A DNA stretch of 64,000 nucleotides from Owenia fusiformis (GCA_903813345.2 CAIIXF020000001.1:35898001-35962000), one strand, 5' to 3'; positions 13,101 to 27,811 are shown, counted from the stretch's first letter. Numbers and translations are program-made. Notes: generated by a model not told the origin, from the letters alone.

Positions 13101-16100
13101 TTCAAATTTAAAATTGCTCATACGGTGTCTGGATCGTTTTTTAATAAAATAAATCATGTTTTGCTTTATGGATTTTACGTGCAGGCAAAGCACTGATTCT
13201 GTTCTTTTCTGTACTTTTTACATGGAGTGCCCCCTATAGACTGGCATCATAGGTGATCTCTTACCATCATTTAAACAGTATTTTGTCTACATTTTTCAGC
13301 ATTTCAAGTTGTATTAATCAGGCATGATAGTTTGTTCCATTTTCATATGTTTTTGTGTTGAGTTCCAACCTAGATGTCATCACCAAGAGTATACATGTGT
13401 TTTTGGCACAACCTGTATCTAAACAATCATTTCTACAATTGTGTTTTACCTCATATAATACAATACATCATCAATATCCTTTAAAAGAAACACATTTTGA
13501 TTTGTGTTCTTGAGGCAATTGATGTTATCCTTGTGCAAAACTTGCAGATTGAACTCAGTTTTGACTCCAGGACTATTTGATGAAAAAATATATGTATTAC
13601 TTTCTGAGATATGCGATCCTGATGGTAACATGACGTAAACTGTAACACTGATTGTAGAAATGATTCCTGATTTGCGTTGATTTTGTAAGTTTATGATAAT
13701 GCATGATGTGTAAAACATGTATACTCCCATCTCCCGCCACAATATAGTTTTGCATTTTGCTTTTATCATGATAATCTAATTTCACTTTGCCTTTAACCCT
13801 TTCATGTCTGATGTGATTGAACACCTGGCTTCTTGAAAGGGTTAATGTTACAAAGCCTGATCCCGTAGTCAGTGTTACAAAGACTAACTCTATGCACCAT
13901 TACTAACCTGTGATGTATGTTTGAAAAGGGAAGTAATATGGGGAATGAGGTGCACTGATAAAGTGTTAATCATAGATTTGTGATATTTATTTTTGTCATA
14001 TTCGATCTATTCTTCAATTTCTATCGCTGTTTCTTTGATATGATTAAGGATATTCTAAAAAATCAATAGGAAGTTGAGTTGATTCATAATCAACAGCCTT
14101 GTTTGAAGAACATGTACCATCTGATCTTCTCTATGCGAGACTCCTGAAATGTTTAAAAGCACAAGGTCAATATGTTTATGTTAGTCCACAAATGTAACTG
14201 TTTACACTCATAGGAGGGGGATAAAAACCCAGGATTTGTTACCAGACATTGATTTTTTAGTTAGAGAATCTTAAAGGTAATCATAACATTTGTGAACATA
14301 CATTTCTATATGACATTGTCCCTAAACAGCACTTGAAGAATTATCGAAAATGTTAAATGATTTAGTTGAGGTGTGCTTGCTCCTTTCACCCATGCTCACA
14401 TATATTAATGTTAAAATAGAGGAAATGTTAGTCCTACCGTCAACACATTTTGTTCCCCTTACCTGTGATATGTATGTTAATGAGCTAATGTGAATAGAGA
14501 AAGTTCAGGGTCTCTTGATTGAGTATCCATGGCAAACAACAGCTTTGTTAAACTTAATTCTCAACAATTGAGAACTTGGATTTAAGTTAGTGTCAAAGCT
14601 GATGATGTCCATTCTACTCAAATAGCTGGTGGGTCCCTAAGAGGGCTAGGTGGTACCACCTTGCCATCATAAAAATGTCCCCTCATTTGGTCTGATTTAG
14701 CCCCGGGGGACCCTCGGGCAGACTATTTAAGTTGCCCTTTCCCCCAATCATCCCGTGTATACAGTAAGTATGTACTGTAGAGTGCTTGCTATGAGACTTA
14801 TAACTCAGACTGAGTTTACATTGATTGGTTTGGTGTTGGGTCTATACAGTCTAGAGACTGATTTAACCTGGTGGCATTAGAAAGTTATCCCAGGAGATAC
14901 CAGTCATCCATCATACTTGCCTCATAGAATTTCTAGCTGAACCATCCAATACACAAGAGCCCGTTTTGCGAAAACTTCGTACATTACAATTCCTTTGTTT
15001 CTTTTATCTTCCAAGATGTGACAATGGCAATATTGGGGCAAATGAATCTCAGGATTTGTAATTTATGATATTTTCCTGAAACTGGCCCCAGCCCTGTATT
15101 TATCTTCAAGATAGCTCAGCAACTAGCCAAGCTATATTGGAATTGAATGTAGGACTTGCAGCTTGTTATATTTTTGTCCTTTCACCTGCTCATATGTTTC
15201 CCTTGATTGAAACTTGAGATGATTGCTGATGTCAGAACACAAGTGATTTCTACTATTTAGCCACTGATGTAAAAAATCATTTTATCGCAACCTTTTATAT
15301 GAATTGTGTTACAATTTTGCACTTTCAAAATTTGTTGCTTAATATATTGGATGGTCAGTTACAACCTCTCCATCTTCAAAAAATTAAATATCATTATTTT
15401 AGAAATTCTGTGATGCAGTAGTCAGTGTTAGTTGACGTAATAATAATATAATAACTACTAACCCCAAAATAACATGAGAATGCACTGTCAAGTGGCAGCT
15501 TTGTTGACGTCACAGTGTACAGTGAGGAGTGTTCACTTAATTACGAAGTTCATATTCTATAGTTAAATATTTTTTTCATTATTTATTTATTGTACAGTAA
15601 TTTATAAGTACAGTAAACACGTGTTTGCATGCAATCAACAACAACAGCTACAAAAAGAACAATAAAATAAAGTTGTAACTTTAAGCCTACTTAAAGAATA
15701 AAAATAAAGTTCAGATTTGTTGTAAGATAAAACCACATGAACTGTAAAACTAAAATTTCTGCTCTTTTGATTAGATTGTAAAAGTGTATAGGGGTAAGGT
15801 AAAGAGGCACCACCAGTTTTTTGGTTCTAATTAATATTGTGCTACCGGTATAGGTTTACCACTGGCTTGATTTTCCGTCTTTCTGCCAGCAGAGCGCCCC
15901 CTATTGTCCTGTAGCTTAGTGTATGCTGCATGCGTGCTGCCCTCTTTATCAGTAAATGTAAAACACATGGGACAAAAATCGCTGAGTGCTATAGCAGATG
16001 AATTGGCAAAATGGAATTTAAAATTGACCATTCTGGAATCTATGATCTTTCAAAAATATATTCAAAAATTTTGGATAAGTCATGAACAACACTTCATGAT

Positions 16101-19100
16101 TTCAAAGTGTGCACGGACACGCAATTATTACATCTTCGTGAAGTTCATAGAACTTTGACATTTAAGTTCTGGCCTATGACACTTGCCCTTTAAATACAGT
16201 GACACATCATGTAATAGATTAAGACTTATGCCTAGCATTCAGCTAGAAAGATCCGTGACTATGATACTGTCAACTATAAATGCTTGTTGCCATGGACGAT
16301 GCTGTGACTTAATACCAGAGAGATTCAATAGTTATAACATTCATTTTTTTAATATGACTCACTAGTAAAAATATGTGTTTGTCACTTAGCTATATTGATA
16401 TGACAGCCGCTTTAAGTTGGCCAGATTAATAATGATATCAGGTTTATAAACGCCTTTGAAGTCCTGGCAAATTCAATTTTTCCATATTGATTTACAGATC
16501 TTCTAATCATTAGATGCGTTTGGATTATTTTTCCTGTGTTTCAGCAGAAAATGTGCATTTTGTTGAGCTTATATGATAATTTCAATTACTGTTTTTGTGA
16601 TTTGTCATACACTACTGTTTTTTTTTATATAAATACTGCCAATTAAAGGGCAAGTGTAACAGCTTAGTTTTTGTTTGATTTTTGTCTCAAGTGTAAAAAT
16701 GTTCTGGTTACAAAATGGAATCATCATAGTAAATGAAGGTTCTAATATTGTTTCTAGTACATGTTAATATAGAGCATGTTATTGTACATTGCAGAATACA
16801 TGTTAATATAGGACATGTTAATGTACAACACATGATAATATAAAACACATGTTTACAGAGCATACTGATGTGCATAGCATGATTATATACAACATGGATA
16901 TATAACATGTTAATATATAACACATGTTAAATTATAACATGTCAATATAAAACACATGTTAATGTGAAACATGTTTATATACAAAATGTTAATATATAAC
17001 ATGTTAATATATACTGTGTTATTGTATAACATGTTAATGTACTCAACATGTTAATTTTCATCATGTTCATGTGCAACATGTTAATGGACTGGTACTGGTA
17101 GAAAGACATGAGTTTCTCGTAGTTATGCTTTTCCTTTTGGTTTGTATAAATATAGATATCACTCCCTTCTATCTTCTGGAGCACTCATCTGAACAATCAC
17201 AACCTAACGCCAAGTCTTTATTTAACATTCACAATAAATAATATACAAAAATGAACATTTCTTGTTAAGACTGATTTAATGAAGTAGTTTAGAATGTTTA
17301 AGTTTGAGCTTTAAAATTGTAAGAACAAGATTTTGCTGTGTAAAAATATCTCAATGTGTCTCCTAATACAAAACGCCTATTTATTCTCAACAGCTAAGTT
17401 AAAGGCAGAAGGATCGAACACCAACTGGTAAACATTGTGCATATTTCTCTAGCTTTTAAACCTCCACCATGCTGTATTTTCTTGTTATGGTTGTGTTTTA
17501 AGGTATATGGTGTAAATATATATGTTTTATATTCAAAACTAACCTCTTAGTAACTGTACATGAGAAAAGTGACCCAACACTAGAGACTTTTGGCTTATAT
17601 AGTGTGTGCTATTTATTATACCTAGTGTTGGGTGTCTTGATTTGTACTGGATAATATTACAATATGTGATGTAATGCTATGATATATATAGTACACCATA
17701 TATGGTTGCCTTGACAATATGTGTGTTTGGATTATTAGTTCACATTACCTATCATATTTATCTCGCCTTGTTTTTGTCCATAATGATGTGTAGTTTTACC
17801 ATGTAATTCTGTGGTACTAATGCCTTTTTGTTATATTTATTATTTGTGAGTGGACATATGATGTTACGCCTTTAACACATTGCATTTCTCCGGATAGTTT
17901 TACATACAAATGTCTAACTTAAAGATGTTTCTAGCTAGGATGATGGTCTATGTGTGTATCCAGCTCTGTGTAGGCACATATAAATACATTCTGCTATAAT
18001 TGTAGATTCTACAAACGGAGACACCTCTGCCTCTGACAAGCTAGTTCTCAAGGTCACACCTTCTAAAAGTAGCACAAATAAGACTGCCACTAAGACTACT
18101 ACTCCTCCTAAAAAGTTGAAGAATACATCAAAGACTAAGTCTAAGAATGAGGTAAGTTGGGCATATTGATTTGGGTTGCAGTAGTCAGTAGTACAAAGCA
18201 TTTTTAGACCAGCAGCATCTTATGGAAAAGTGGCTTTAAAGGTCATACATAGGCTTCTTTACTTCAAAGACTAAATTCAATGAAATAGTACACGGTTGTC
18301 AATGTTTTCACTTTGGTAATTATAATGACTGTAACAGTTGTGTTTACACTTTTGTCGTGCTTGCAATAACCTTACAAGTGGTGAAAAAGCATGTTGCTGT
18401 TTTGCAGGATGGCACAGAGAAGCTCACCCATTGGCCACTTGAGGAAACTGAGGATGAATCTACTGCTACAGAAACTGATGACCAGGTAGCCTTACATTGT
18501 TCTTACATAGTATATGATTAATTCACAAGTGTATATTTAGTCTCAAACTTTTTGTGGACGGCGGTTCGTGTTCTGCATCTGTGACATGGTGTCTAACAAA
18601 TGGCAGGTGGTGTCATCTTGCATGTTGATGCCTGTTATTATGTCCCCACCACATAGTGTGGGGCCATATTGTCGGCCTAGGCACGTCCGTGTGCATACAG
18701 ATGTGGATGAAAAATTTGAACTTGATACCTACTTCCTGTCGGCCATTTTGAAGTCAAATGCTAAAATCCTTGTCTGCAAACTTAAAGAAAACGGCTTCAC
18801 ACTTGCTTTGAAAACTTTAACATCTTGTTTAACTCACTTCATTCTAGATCTGATTAGGTTTTGGACCTGTTAGCTCAGTCATGGCAGCCACTTTGAATGT
18901 CTTAAGAAAAGTTAGCGTGCAATAATACTTTGTATCATTTTGAATGGTGTTTTTTGAGTTTTCATACTTAAATATTTAGTAGCTTAATAAATAATTTTGG
19001 ATTTTTCCATCCTAAAATCTTGTCTGTAAAGTCATGTCTACGCGTTTTCAGGTGAACCGTTTGGTAGATCGATTTCAAATTTTCGGGGATGATTCTTAGT

Positions 19101-22100
19101 ATAAAAATCTAGATCTGATTAGTTTTTTGCCATTCTGGGTAAATGTCAAGGCAGCCATTTTGGATTTTCTGTCCTAAAATGTTGTCTACGCGTTTTCAGA
19201 TGAACTGTTAGGTAGATCAATTTTAAATTTTCAGGGATGATTCTTAGCATAAAATCTAGATCTGATTAGTTTTTTGGCATTCTGAGTAATAGCTGTCAAT
19301 GCAGCCATTTTGGATTTTCCGTCCTAAAATCTTGTCTGAAAAGTCTTGTCTATGCGTTTTCTGGATAACTGTTTAACGGATCCATTTCAAATTTTCAGGG
19401 ATGATTCTTAGTATGAAAATCTAGATCTGGTTAGTTTTTTGGCATTCTGGGTAAATGTCAAGGCAGCCATTTTGGACTTTCTGTCCTGAAATCTTGTCTG
19501 TAAAGTCTTGTCTACGCGTTTTCAGGTGAACCATCTGGTAAATCAATTTCAAATTTTCAAGGATGATTCTTAGTATGAAAATCTTTTTGGATTTTCCGTC
19601 CTAAAATTGTGTCGGTAAAGTCTTGTCTACTCATTTTCAGGATAACCATTTCACGGATCAATTTCAAATTTTCAGGAATAAATTTTTATATGAAAATCTA
19701 TTCGTTTTTCGGCATTCTGGATAAATGTAAAGGCAGCCATTTTGGATTTTCCGTCTTAAAATCTGTGTTTAAAGTCTTGTCTATGCATTTTCAGGTTAAC
19801 TGTTTGAGGGATCAATTTCAAATTTTTAGGAATGATTTCTAGTATGAAAATCTAGAACTGATTACTTTTTAGTCATTCTGCATAAATTTTAAGTTGGCCA
19901 TTCTGGCTTTTCCGTCCTAAAATCGGTCTGTGAAGGCTTGTCTACCCATTTTCAGGATAACAGTTTGACAGATCGATTTCAAATTTTAAGGAATGATTTA
20001 TAATATGAAAATCTAGAACTAATTAGTTTTTTGGCATTCTGGGTAAATGTTAAGGTAGCCATTTTGGATTTTCCATCCTAAAATCTTGTCTGTAAAGTCT
20101 TGTCTGCGTTTTCAGGTTAACCATTTGAGGGATCAATTTTTCAGGGATGATTCTTAGTATGAAAATCTTGGAACTGATTTTTCTCTTAAAATCTTGTCTT
20201 TTCAACTGATTAGTGTTAGGCATTCAGGATGAAAAATTTGCAGTATATAGGATCACCCATTGGTGGGGACATGTTGTACACATTTGTGTTCTTGTATCTT
20301 GTATCTTATACTGTGAATGCAGTATCATGAACATATCATTGCCTCCCATATCACCTATGAAAAGTTATGTAGCACTATAATCATTGTGTGACATTGAAAA
20401 AGTCATAACTGGAAAAAGATTTGTCTTCAGGGGTTATTTAATGACTCATAAAGTAGGCTTCAACAAAACTTCAATGTAAATTTCAGAAGACCCCCGTGAA
20501 GGATGGCAGCAAGAAAGATGATGGTACCAAGGATATAGATGGCAGCACAGACAAGACTGTTGATAACAGAATATGCAGCTTAGAGGAACAGAAGTAAGAC
20601 ACATTGCATGAGTGGACATTGAAAAACAGAAATAGGACACAATGTACAACTTGACACATTGCATGAGTGGACATTGAAAAACAGAAATAGGACACAATGT
20701 ACAACTTGACACATTGCATGATTGGACATTGAAAAACAGAAATAGGACACAATGTACTGTTTGACACATTGCATGATTGGACATTGAAAAACAGAAATAG
20801 GACACAATGTACAACTTGACACATTGCATGATTTGACATTGAAAAACAGAAATAGGACACAATGTACTGTTTGACACATTGCATGATTGGACATTGAAAA
20901 ACAGAAATAGGACACAATGTACAACTTGACACATTGCATGATTTGACATTGAAAAACAGAAATAGGACACAATGTACTGTTTGACACATTGCATGATTGG
21001 ACATTGAAAAACAGAAATAGGACACAATGTACAACTTGACACATTGCATGATTGGACATTGAAAAACAGAAATAGGACACAATGTACAACTTGACACATT
21101 GCATGATTTGACATTGAAAAACAGAAATAGGACACAATGTACAACTTGACACATTGCATGATTGGACATTGAAAAACAGATTAGACAATTTGACACTTTG
21201 GATAAACAAAAATAGGACACAGTATAGAACTTGTCACATTGCATGATTTGACACATTGAAAGAACAGTTTGATACTTGACATATTGCATGACTTGACTCA
21301 TTGGGCAATATGACACTTTAGAAGACTGGAATAGGATACAATGTACAACTTGACACATTGCATGGCTTGACATATTGCATGCTTAATTTTCTTATTTGAA
21401 AAAATGCATTTTCTCATTGAAACCCATGTTAAATTAAATTATTTTTCTAGAAATAACCAGACGGTCAAGCTTTCTGATGTTCACATATTTTGTTATTCAG
21501 CAGTATATCTTTCACATATATTTTTTTAAAGTAAATATGAATTGTAGAAAAAGTTGATCTACAGCAATGTCCTACCTTAAGTTGAACTATCTGAATTTTC
21601 ACATGTGGCCTGTTTTTAACTAAAATATTCCATTCCTTCCAGGGAGGCAGTTGAGCATATCCTTTCTGGCAACCCACTGCCAGGGGATGATAAAGATGAA
21701 GATGATAATGAAACTGATGACCTTGAAAACATACCTATGCCTACACTACAATGCGAGAACAATGAACTTTTACTTGACATACCCCTGCCTGGGGCTGGAG
21801 GGGTGGCTAGTATACCTATGCCACAGCCTGTAGAGGATATACCCATGCCTGAACCAACTCCTCAAATGGACATGCTAGCAGCAATACCTATGCCTAATAT
21901 GGTCATGAACAATATACCAATGCCCGAGCCTAAGGTAGAGGAGGAGCCCAAAGTTATAGCTGGACAATCTGGGATTTCATTCTCATTTGGCAAAAAGAAC
22001 AAAATGGTAATTAGTACTTCATCTAAGTTAGAAAAACCATCAGTTTTTGCTGAGGTTCCAATGAGTGAGCAACTGTTAATGTCTGCTCCTAAACTGGTGC

Positions 22101-25100
22101 TTGAGAAAGTTGAGCCTTTTAAACCAGACATGTCTGATAAAAAATTGCCTGAAATTGATGTAGTGAAAGTTCAAGGTATCAATGGTCAACAGATTGAATG
22201 GCTTTCAGAAATGATCCAATATACCAAATGTGACCCCTCTATCTCCTTTAGTTGTAACCCCTTACATTTTGATTTCCGACAACAGTTGGGATTAAAAAGT
22301 AAGAAAGACGCAGTTGATGCTGATGATCAAAAAGAAAATGAATCAAAGGATGACAGCCAGATCAGCATCACTAAAGAGGATGATGCTGATGTTGAAGATG
22401 AGAAGGATGACAAAGATGTCAATAAGAAGAGGAAAAAGAAGAAAAAACACAAAAAGAAGCATAAACATTCAGATAAAACCAAAGATGATGACGAAGAGGA
22501 TAAAGAAAATGTTGATAAACCGAGAAAACGTAAACACAAGAAAAAGAAAAGCAAGAAGTCGAAGAAGTCTAAACTGGAAAATGGCGATGAAACTCTTGTA
22601 GAGGGTAAAGAAAATGAGATGAGTACACTAGGTGAGACAAACAAAGATGATGTGAAAGCAAAACATAGGAAATCAAAGAAAAGTAAAAAATCTAAGAAAA
22701 AGAAAGTTAAAAAGTCCAAAAATTCTCAAAGTGAAGCCACAGAGTCTGAACATGATGACAAAGAAGATAATAAACAAAAGGAAATAAAAACTGAATTAGA
22801 TTCTAGCAAAACAGATTTGGTAAAAACAAGTGACATTAAAATAAAAACGGAACCTATAGATGAACAATTGTCCCCAACTGGCCTTAAATTAAAGAAGCAT
22901 AAGAAGCTGAAGAAAGAAAAGAAAACTAAAAAGAATAAAAAGGACCACTCCAGTGGGGATTCATCATCTGAAGAATCTGACATGGAGACCTCAAAATCTG
23001 TGAGCAAGAGATCAAAGTCAACAAGTCTCAGTGAAGAAGTCAAAGTTAAAGTTGAAAAAGTGACCCCTACAAAAACCAAAGAAAAATCTCCTGTACATAA
23101 TAACTCAGATTCTGACACTGAGAAAAAACGAAAAACAAAAACAGAACCAGAAAAAGTGAAAGCTAAGCTAACTAAAAAACGAAGATCAAGTGAAAATGAA
23201 TCTGCAAAGAAAATAAAGAAGGTGAAAAAAGAGCCAAAGCATGGCATTACACAGCCTCCAAACAAAGTTGAGCTTAGTCATATACAAGAAATGGAGGATT
23301 TTGAAAAAGATACCAGTAGATCTAAATGGGATACTAGCAGTGACAGTGAAATGGAGCAGAGTATGATCCAGCTGCCCTTAAATGTGAACATTGAACGTGC
23401 AATAAAGAAAAAGGAAAAAGAGGATGCTTTAAGGTTAGCTAAAGCACAGTCTATGAAAGGCACACCTAATCCTAGGAGTGCACGATCTGATGACCATAAA
23501 AATTCCCATCGCAAACATCACTCTGATTCAGAGAGTGATCATGGAAGTAAACGGAGCTCTAGAAAATCACATCGAAGATCAACAAGTGAGGAATCATCTG
23601 AGGAGGAAGAGAGAAGCTCTCGTCGGTCTAGAAGGAAGACAAAAAGATCTAGAAAAGACTCGGATAGACATGATTACTCTAGCAGTAGCGAGGATGACCG
23701 TCATCGACGTCGCTCTAAACGTCACAGATCTTATTCATCATCTTCAGAGAGTGACTATGAGAGACGCACAAAATCACGTAGTCGAAGCAGGAGCCGACGT
23801 AGAAGACGTCGCTCTTATAGCAGCTATTCTGATGATGACTACCATAGGTCTCATTCTCGATCCTACTCCCAAGACAGGAGATCCTACACAAGGAGCAGGT
23901 CACGATCTAGAAGGAGGCACAGGTCATATACAAGGAGTAGAAGTAGATCATACTCAAGAAGTAGATCACGATCAAGAAGAAGATCAAGAAGTTACAGTAG
24001 AAGTTATAGTAGATCTCGAAGTAGATCCAGATCAAGAGGACGACATAGGAGATCAAGGAGTAGATCATATAGAAGAGAAATGAAATCAAGTCCAGATGAG
24101 AAATTCAAATCTGTCCTCCCTCATCGGGAACCCAAGCCAGTTAGGCGTCCTATAGCTGAAAGAGAACAGAAGACATTTGAACCCAACCAGCTTGTAGTGC
24201 CACTCAAGTCAGGCCCTGATGTGGATGCAAAAGCTCAAGAACTGCTCAAGAAAGTTGGAAAGGGAGAACTTGTGATGAGTAAAACTGGGCTGGTTGGTAG
24301 GAACCCTGCAGCTGGTTTTGGAGTTCCAGAGAAAGTTGTCTCTATTATTGGTAAAGCTCCTAATAGTGGACGGAGAAAGAATCTTTTAGATGGGGACAGG
24401 AGAGAAGAAACATACTTAGAAAAGCAAGAAATAATGAAAATGGCTCTTGAAAGAGAAAAACAAGCCAGAGAGGCTGAAGCGAAAAATGATGAGGATAAAA
24501 ATCTTGATATTCCTCTCCCACCTGGTTCAGATTCTAAGGACACTGAATATGGAGTCTCTGAGTATGGCACTCCTATTGATCTCTTCAAGGTACCACTTCC
24601 ACCTACTCCTCCTAACAAAGTTCAACTTACTGATAAAACTGCTCCTAAAAATGAGAAGAGTAAGTCACCTGGAACTGGTCCTACTCCTTCTCCAGCAAAT
24701 GCAGTGCCAAACAACAATATATATAGTCTTAATAACCCTGGCCCTAAGAAGATGAATAGAAAAGAGCGAAGGAGACAAGCTCAGGAAGCAGCCAGGCGTC
24801 CTCCTCCCCCACCTAATCTTCCGGATTCTCCACCACCAGATAACCCTACACCCCCTGATGATAAGGAAGAACTACCTTTGAGTATCCCACCCGAACAAAT
24901 GGAACAATATAAGCTACTACAACAGCAGGCCATGCAGCATGCTGATAAGCAGAAACGTAAGCAAAAAGCAGAGGAAGATGGCGTTGAGTTTAAGGATGAT
25001 GATGAATTAGATGAGGAACAGAAACAAATTGAAGCATTAGAGCTTGCTGCTCAGTCCATATCTCCACAGTTAACATCCCCACAGCCTATAATAATTGCCC

Positions 25101-25666
25101 AACAACCTCAGTTGATACCTATCCACCAGGGGGTGCTTCCTCAGGCTGGAGCACCCGTCATTGCAGCTCCAGGTGGGCTCACTGCAGGTATCCCTGCTAG
25201 TTTACAGCAATTGAGTGCAATCTCTGGTGGCCACATGGTTCCTATGTCCATGGGTGGTTCCTCTGCAGGTGGACAGCTTGTGCCTATTATGTCTGTGGCA
25301 ACACAGCAAGCTCAGCCTCAGATGATAATTGTCCAGTCCCCTCATGGTCCAGTGATTGCAAATCCTATGGCAGCGGCTGCTCAGCAAATGCAGCAACAAG
25401 CTGTTCTGCAACAACAGCTTCAGCATCAACAGCTTCAACATCAACAGCTTGTGCAACAGCAACTGGTGAATCAAGCTGTACAACAACAGCAGCAGCAGCA
25501 ACAACAACTTCAGCAGATAGCTCTTGCACAAGCCCAGGCTCAACAATCTGGACATCATCCAATGATTATCCCAAGTGGGTCTGGAGGCGTCATAGGCCCT
25601 GCTGGTGGGCAGATGATTCTAGGACCCCCAATGTTAGTTCCAAGAATGTTAAGACCCGGAATATAG
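10191..25666 (+). CDS. GPATCH8: GPATCH8/ZNF804-family nuclear RS-domain protein, 3' portion (N-terminal G-patch/zinc-finger exons not found in window)
   Basis: Phase-consistent GT-AG exon chain 10191-10290, 18006-18151, 18408-18485, 20487-20593, 21643-25666 (stop TAG). The terminal exon has the family motif IEWLSEMIQYTKCDPSISFSCNPLHFDFR (cf. GPATCH8/ZNF804 LQWPSE..FTK.EPSISYSCNPLYFDF), Lys-rich tracts, a long RS domain and a Pro/Gln-rich C-terminus. Confidence 0.8.
16755..17085. repeat. Degenerate ~20-bp minisatellite (acatgttaat core)
   Basis: ACATGTTAAT-like core recurs about every 20 bp. Confidence 0.8.
18635..20294 (+). mobile_element. Non-autonomous Helentron (HINE/DINE-1-like) with internal ~150-160-bp tandem array
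   Basis: Sub-terminal IR tgtccccacca (18641) / tggtggggaca (20261), a 5' short hairpin, a 3' hairpin acacatttgtgt, and core repeats at 19000-20200. Confidence 0.75.
20598..21180. repeat. 55-bp tandem repeat, ~10.5 copies (degenerate copies to ~21380)
   Basis: Unit gacacattgcatga(g/t)tggacattgaaaaacagaaataggacacaatgtacaactt starting at 20598, 20653, 20708 ... 21148. Confidence 0.95.
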
Positions 25667-27135
25667 GCCACTTATGCACCTAGCCTTAGTCAGAACTGGT
25701 ACAAAAGGCTTACTATATAAGATCTGATATAGAGGCTAACTACTCATGCAGGACCTGGTATATAGGCTTCACTACCCAAGTTTCAGTGAATAAACTTGAT
25801 AAGCAATATAAATACAGAATTCTGGCAATCGAAATATATGCAATGAAAATGTGTGTATATATTAAATCACACGTGAGAACAATGAAATATATTGATCATG
25901 TCTAAATCACATCGCTAATCAGCAGCATTAAATTACATATTCAAGATTGAATACTAGCAGCAATGACACTTCTCTTAGTGCAAGATTGGAGATTTTTCTA
26001 TTTATTTTATTGATGGACTTAATGATTTAAACAGGTCTGAAAACAATAGTGTAGGCAAATTAGAGGAAACTGGATGTGGAAGGAAGATCTAGCATGTTTC
26101 TGTATAGCTCTATGGCACATAATAATGCAGTACAGTGTTTGTGCATTTTCATTACCTTAAAAAAATTGTGACCTCTCTGACTTATCATTGTGACTGAGCA
26201 AAATGTTATTTTTCTATTTGTCATATGACCACATCTAGTCTACTTCCACATTTAGATGTTGAATGGCCAAAAATGCTATTGTCAAAATTGTCTGTTATAA
26301 CTAACTTGGCACATATGTAAAATTTTAATGAAGAAATGTAAATGGGGTGTCAGAGATTTACATTGCATGGATTCATTCATAGTAAACCATCCATAGTCGA
26401 GATTGTCTTGATATTTATATCCAGAATGTGTTTTATATTTTTTGTTTGGATAGTGATGGTATACTACTAAGTATATTGTTAAAGTCATATGATAGGCTGG
26501 GTCAAGCATCAATATTTATTATTTTTAGGGTAACTGATTACATTAGGAGGGAAGTAAACACAGTATAAACATGGAGTTGGTGATAATGAAACTTCTCTGC
26601 ATGAGTGTTTAACAGAGGGGTTTGTGATCTTTCATTAAGTTAGTTTCTCAAAAATTGATGTTTTGACCCCAGCCATTGTAATGTATCATTGCGACTGAGC
26701 AACAAGCTCTAATCTGTCAGATAAATGTCCATTAGACTCCAATATATCTTGTATATCACTCTAAATGTCATTTTTAATCAATACAGAGTTCTCTCTGCAT
26801 CTTTGTAGCTCTCTTTTCAAAGAAGATAGTTCTCTGGTCATATCTTAATATGTTCTTGTCATGAAATTACATTTTGAGCATTATTAATCATGACCAATCA
26901 ACAGAAAGATGTCTAGTTGAGATACATTGCTGAAATATTTTAATGTTTCATTTTAGTCATGTGAATAATGAATGAATTTTAAGTTATGTAACAGCTGTGA
27001 TTAAGAATGAGTGAATGCAATGTAGAAATATATATATTTTCTACATGTTTCAATTGCAGTGAAGGAATTTGATTATTCCCAGATATAAATATGAATGTAA
27101 TATATGTAAATAGTCTAATGCCTATGAGGTACTTT

Positions 27136-27141
27136 AATAAA
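27136..27141 (+). terminator. Probable polyadenylation signal of the GPATCH8-like gene
   Basis: AATAAA about 1.47 kb after the stop codon, followed by a GT/T-rich element (ctggtttgttgttgttctttt). Confidence 0.5.
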
Positions 27142-27811
27142 CAAAGTAAAATATAACTGGTTTGTTGTTGTTCTTTTACATTATACTAGGATAAACCAAT
27201 GATAGTGATAGTATTAAATTAAAAGTAATGTAAAAATGCAGCCAACAGGCCAATATCAAATGTTAGATCAGAACGCTTGTCAGTGAACACACAACAATAT
27301 CTTCCATTTTTCCAAGTCATTTTTCCTCATCATTTTTAAATCCATTGAACACTTCTTATTATGCCGGTTAACTATAAGATTATTTAGTGCATAATTCATT
27401 TTTTGATGTGAAACTGTGCAGTTAAAATATAGGGGATTTTGCAGTCATGACAAGATTTTGTATTTTGATGCTCTCGGAGACATATGGTACTTAATTTAAG
27501 ATATAACAGATAAACTATAAATATTTTATTCTAAAAGATCAAAATACAATATATCATGGGTTCTATGTTCTAAGGTTCCCCTCCTGAATGTTTCCCCAGT
27601 CACTCAAAGTCTACAAGAATGTAAATAAAACATATCCATGTTAAGTATGAAGGTATTTGTATCAGAAGGGTCCCTGTTTTATGGCAACCACTCTCAGATT
27701 CTGACTTAGTAGACCATGAACTAGTTCCTGACCACAGGTGATAGAGAAAGAGCATCTGAGAAACATATTTCCTTTATTTTGCTGACTCGGCACTATTGTC
27801 AAAAATATGGC

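Noticed and set aside
20446..21373. Three overlapping Cys-rich minus-strand ORFs (209-296 aa)
   Set aside because: They are artefacts of a stop-free 55-bp intronic tandem repeat; all three frames give the same 55-aa periodic sequence.
21862..25562. Many short ORFs overlapping the large GPATCH8-like exon
   Set aside because: They are antisense or off-frame shadows of low-complexity Lys/Ser/Arg/Gln coding sequence.
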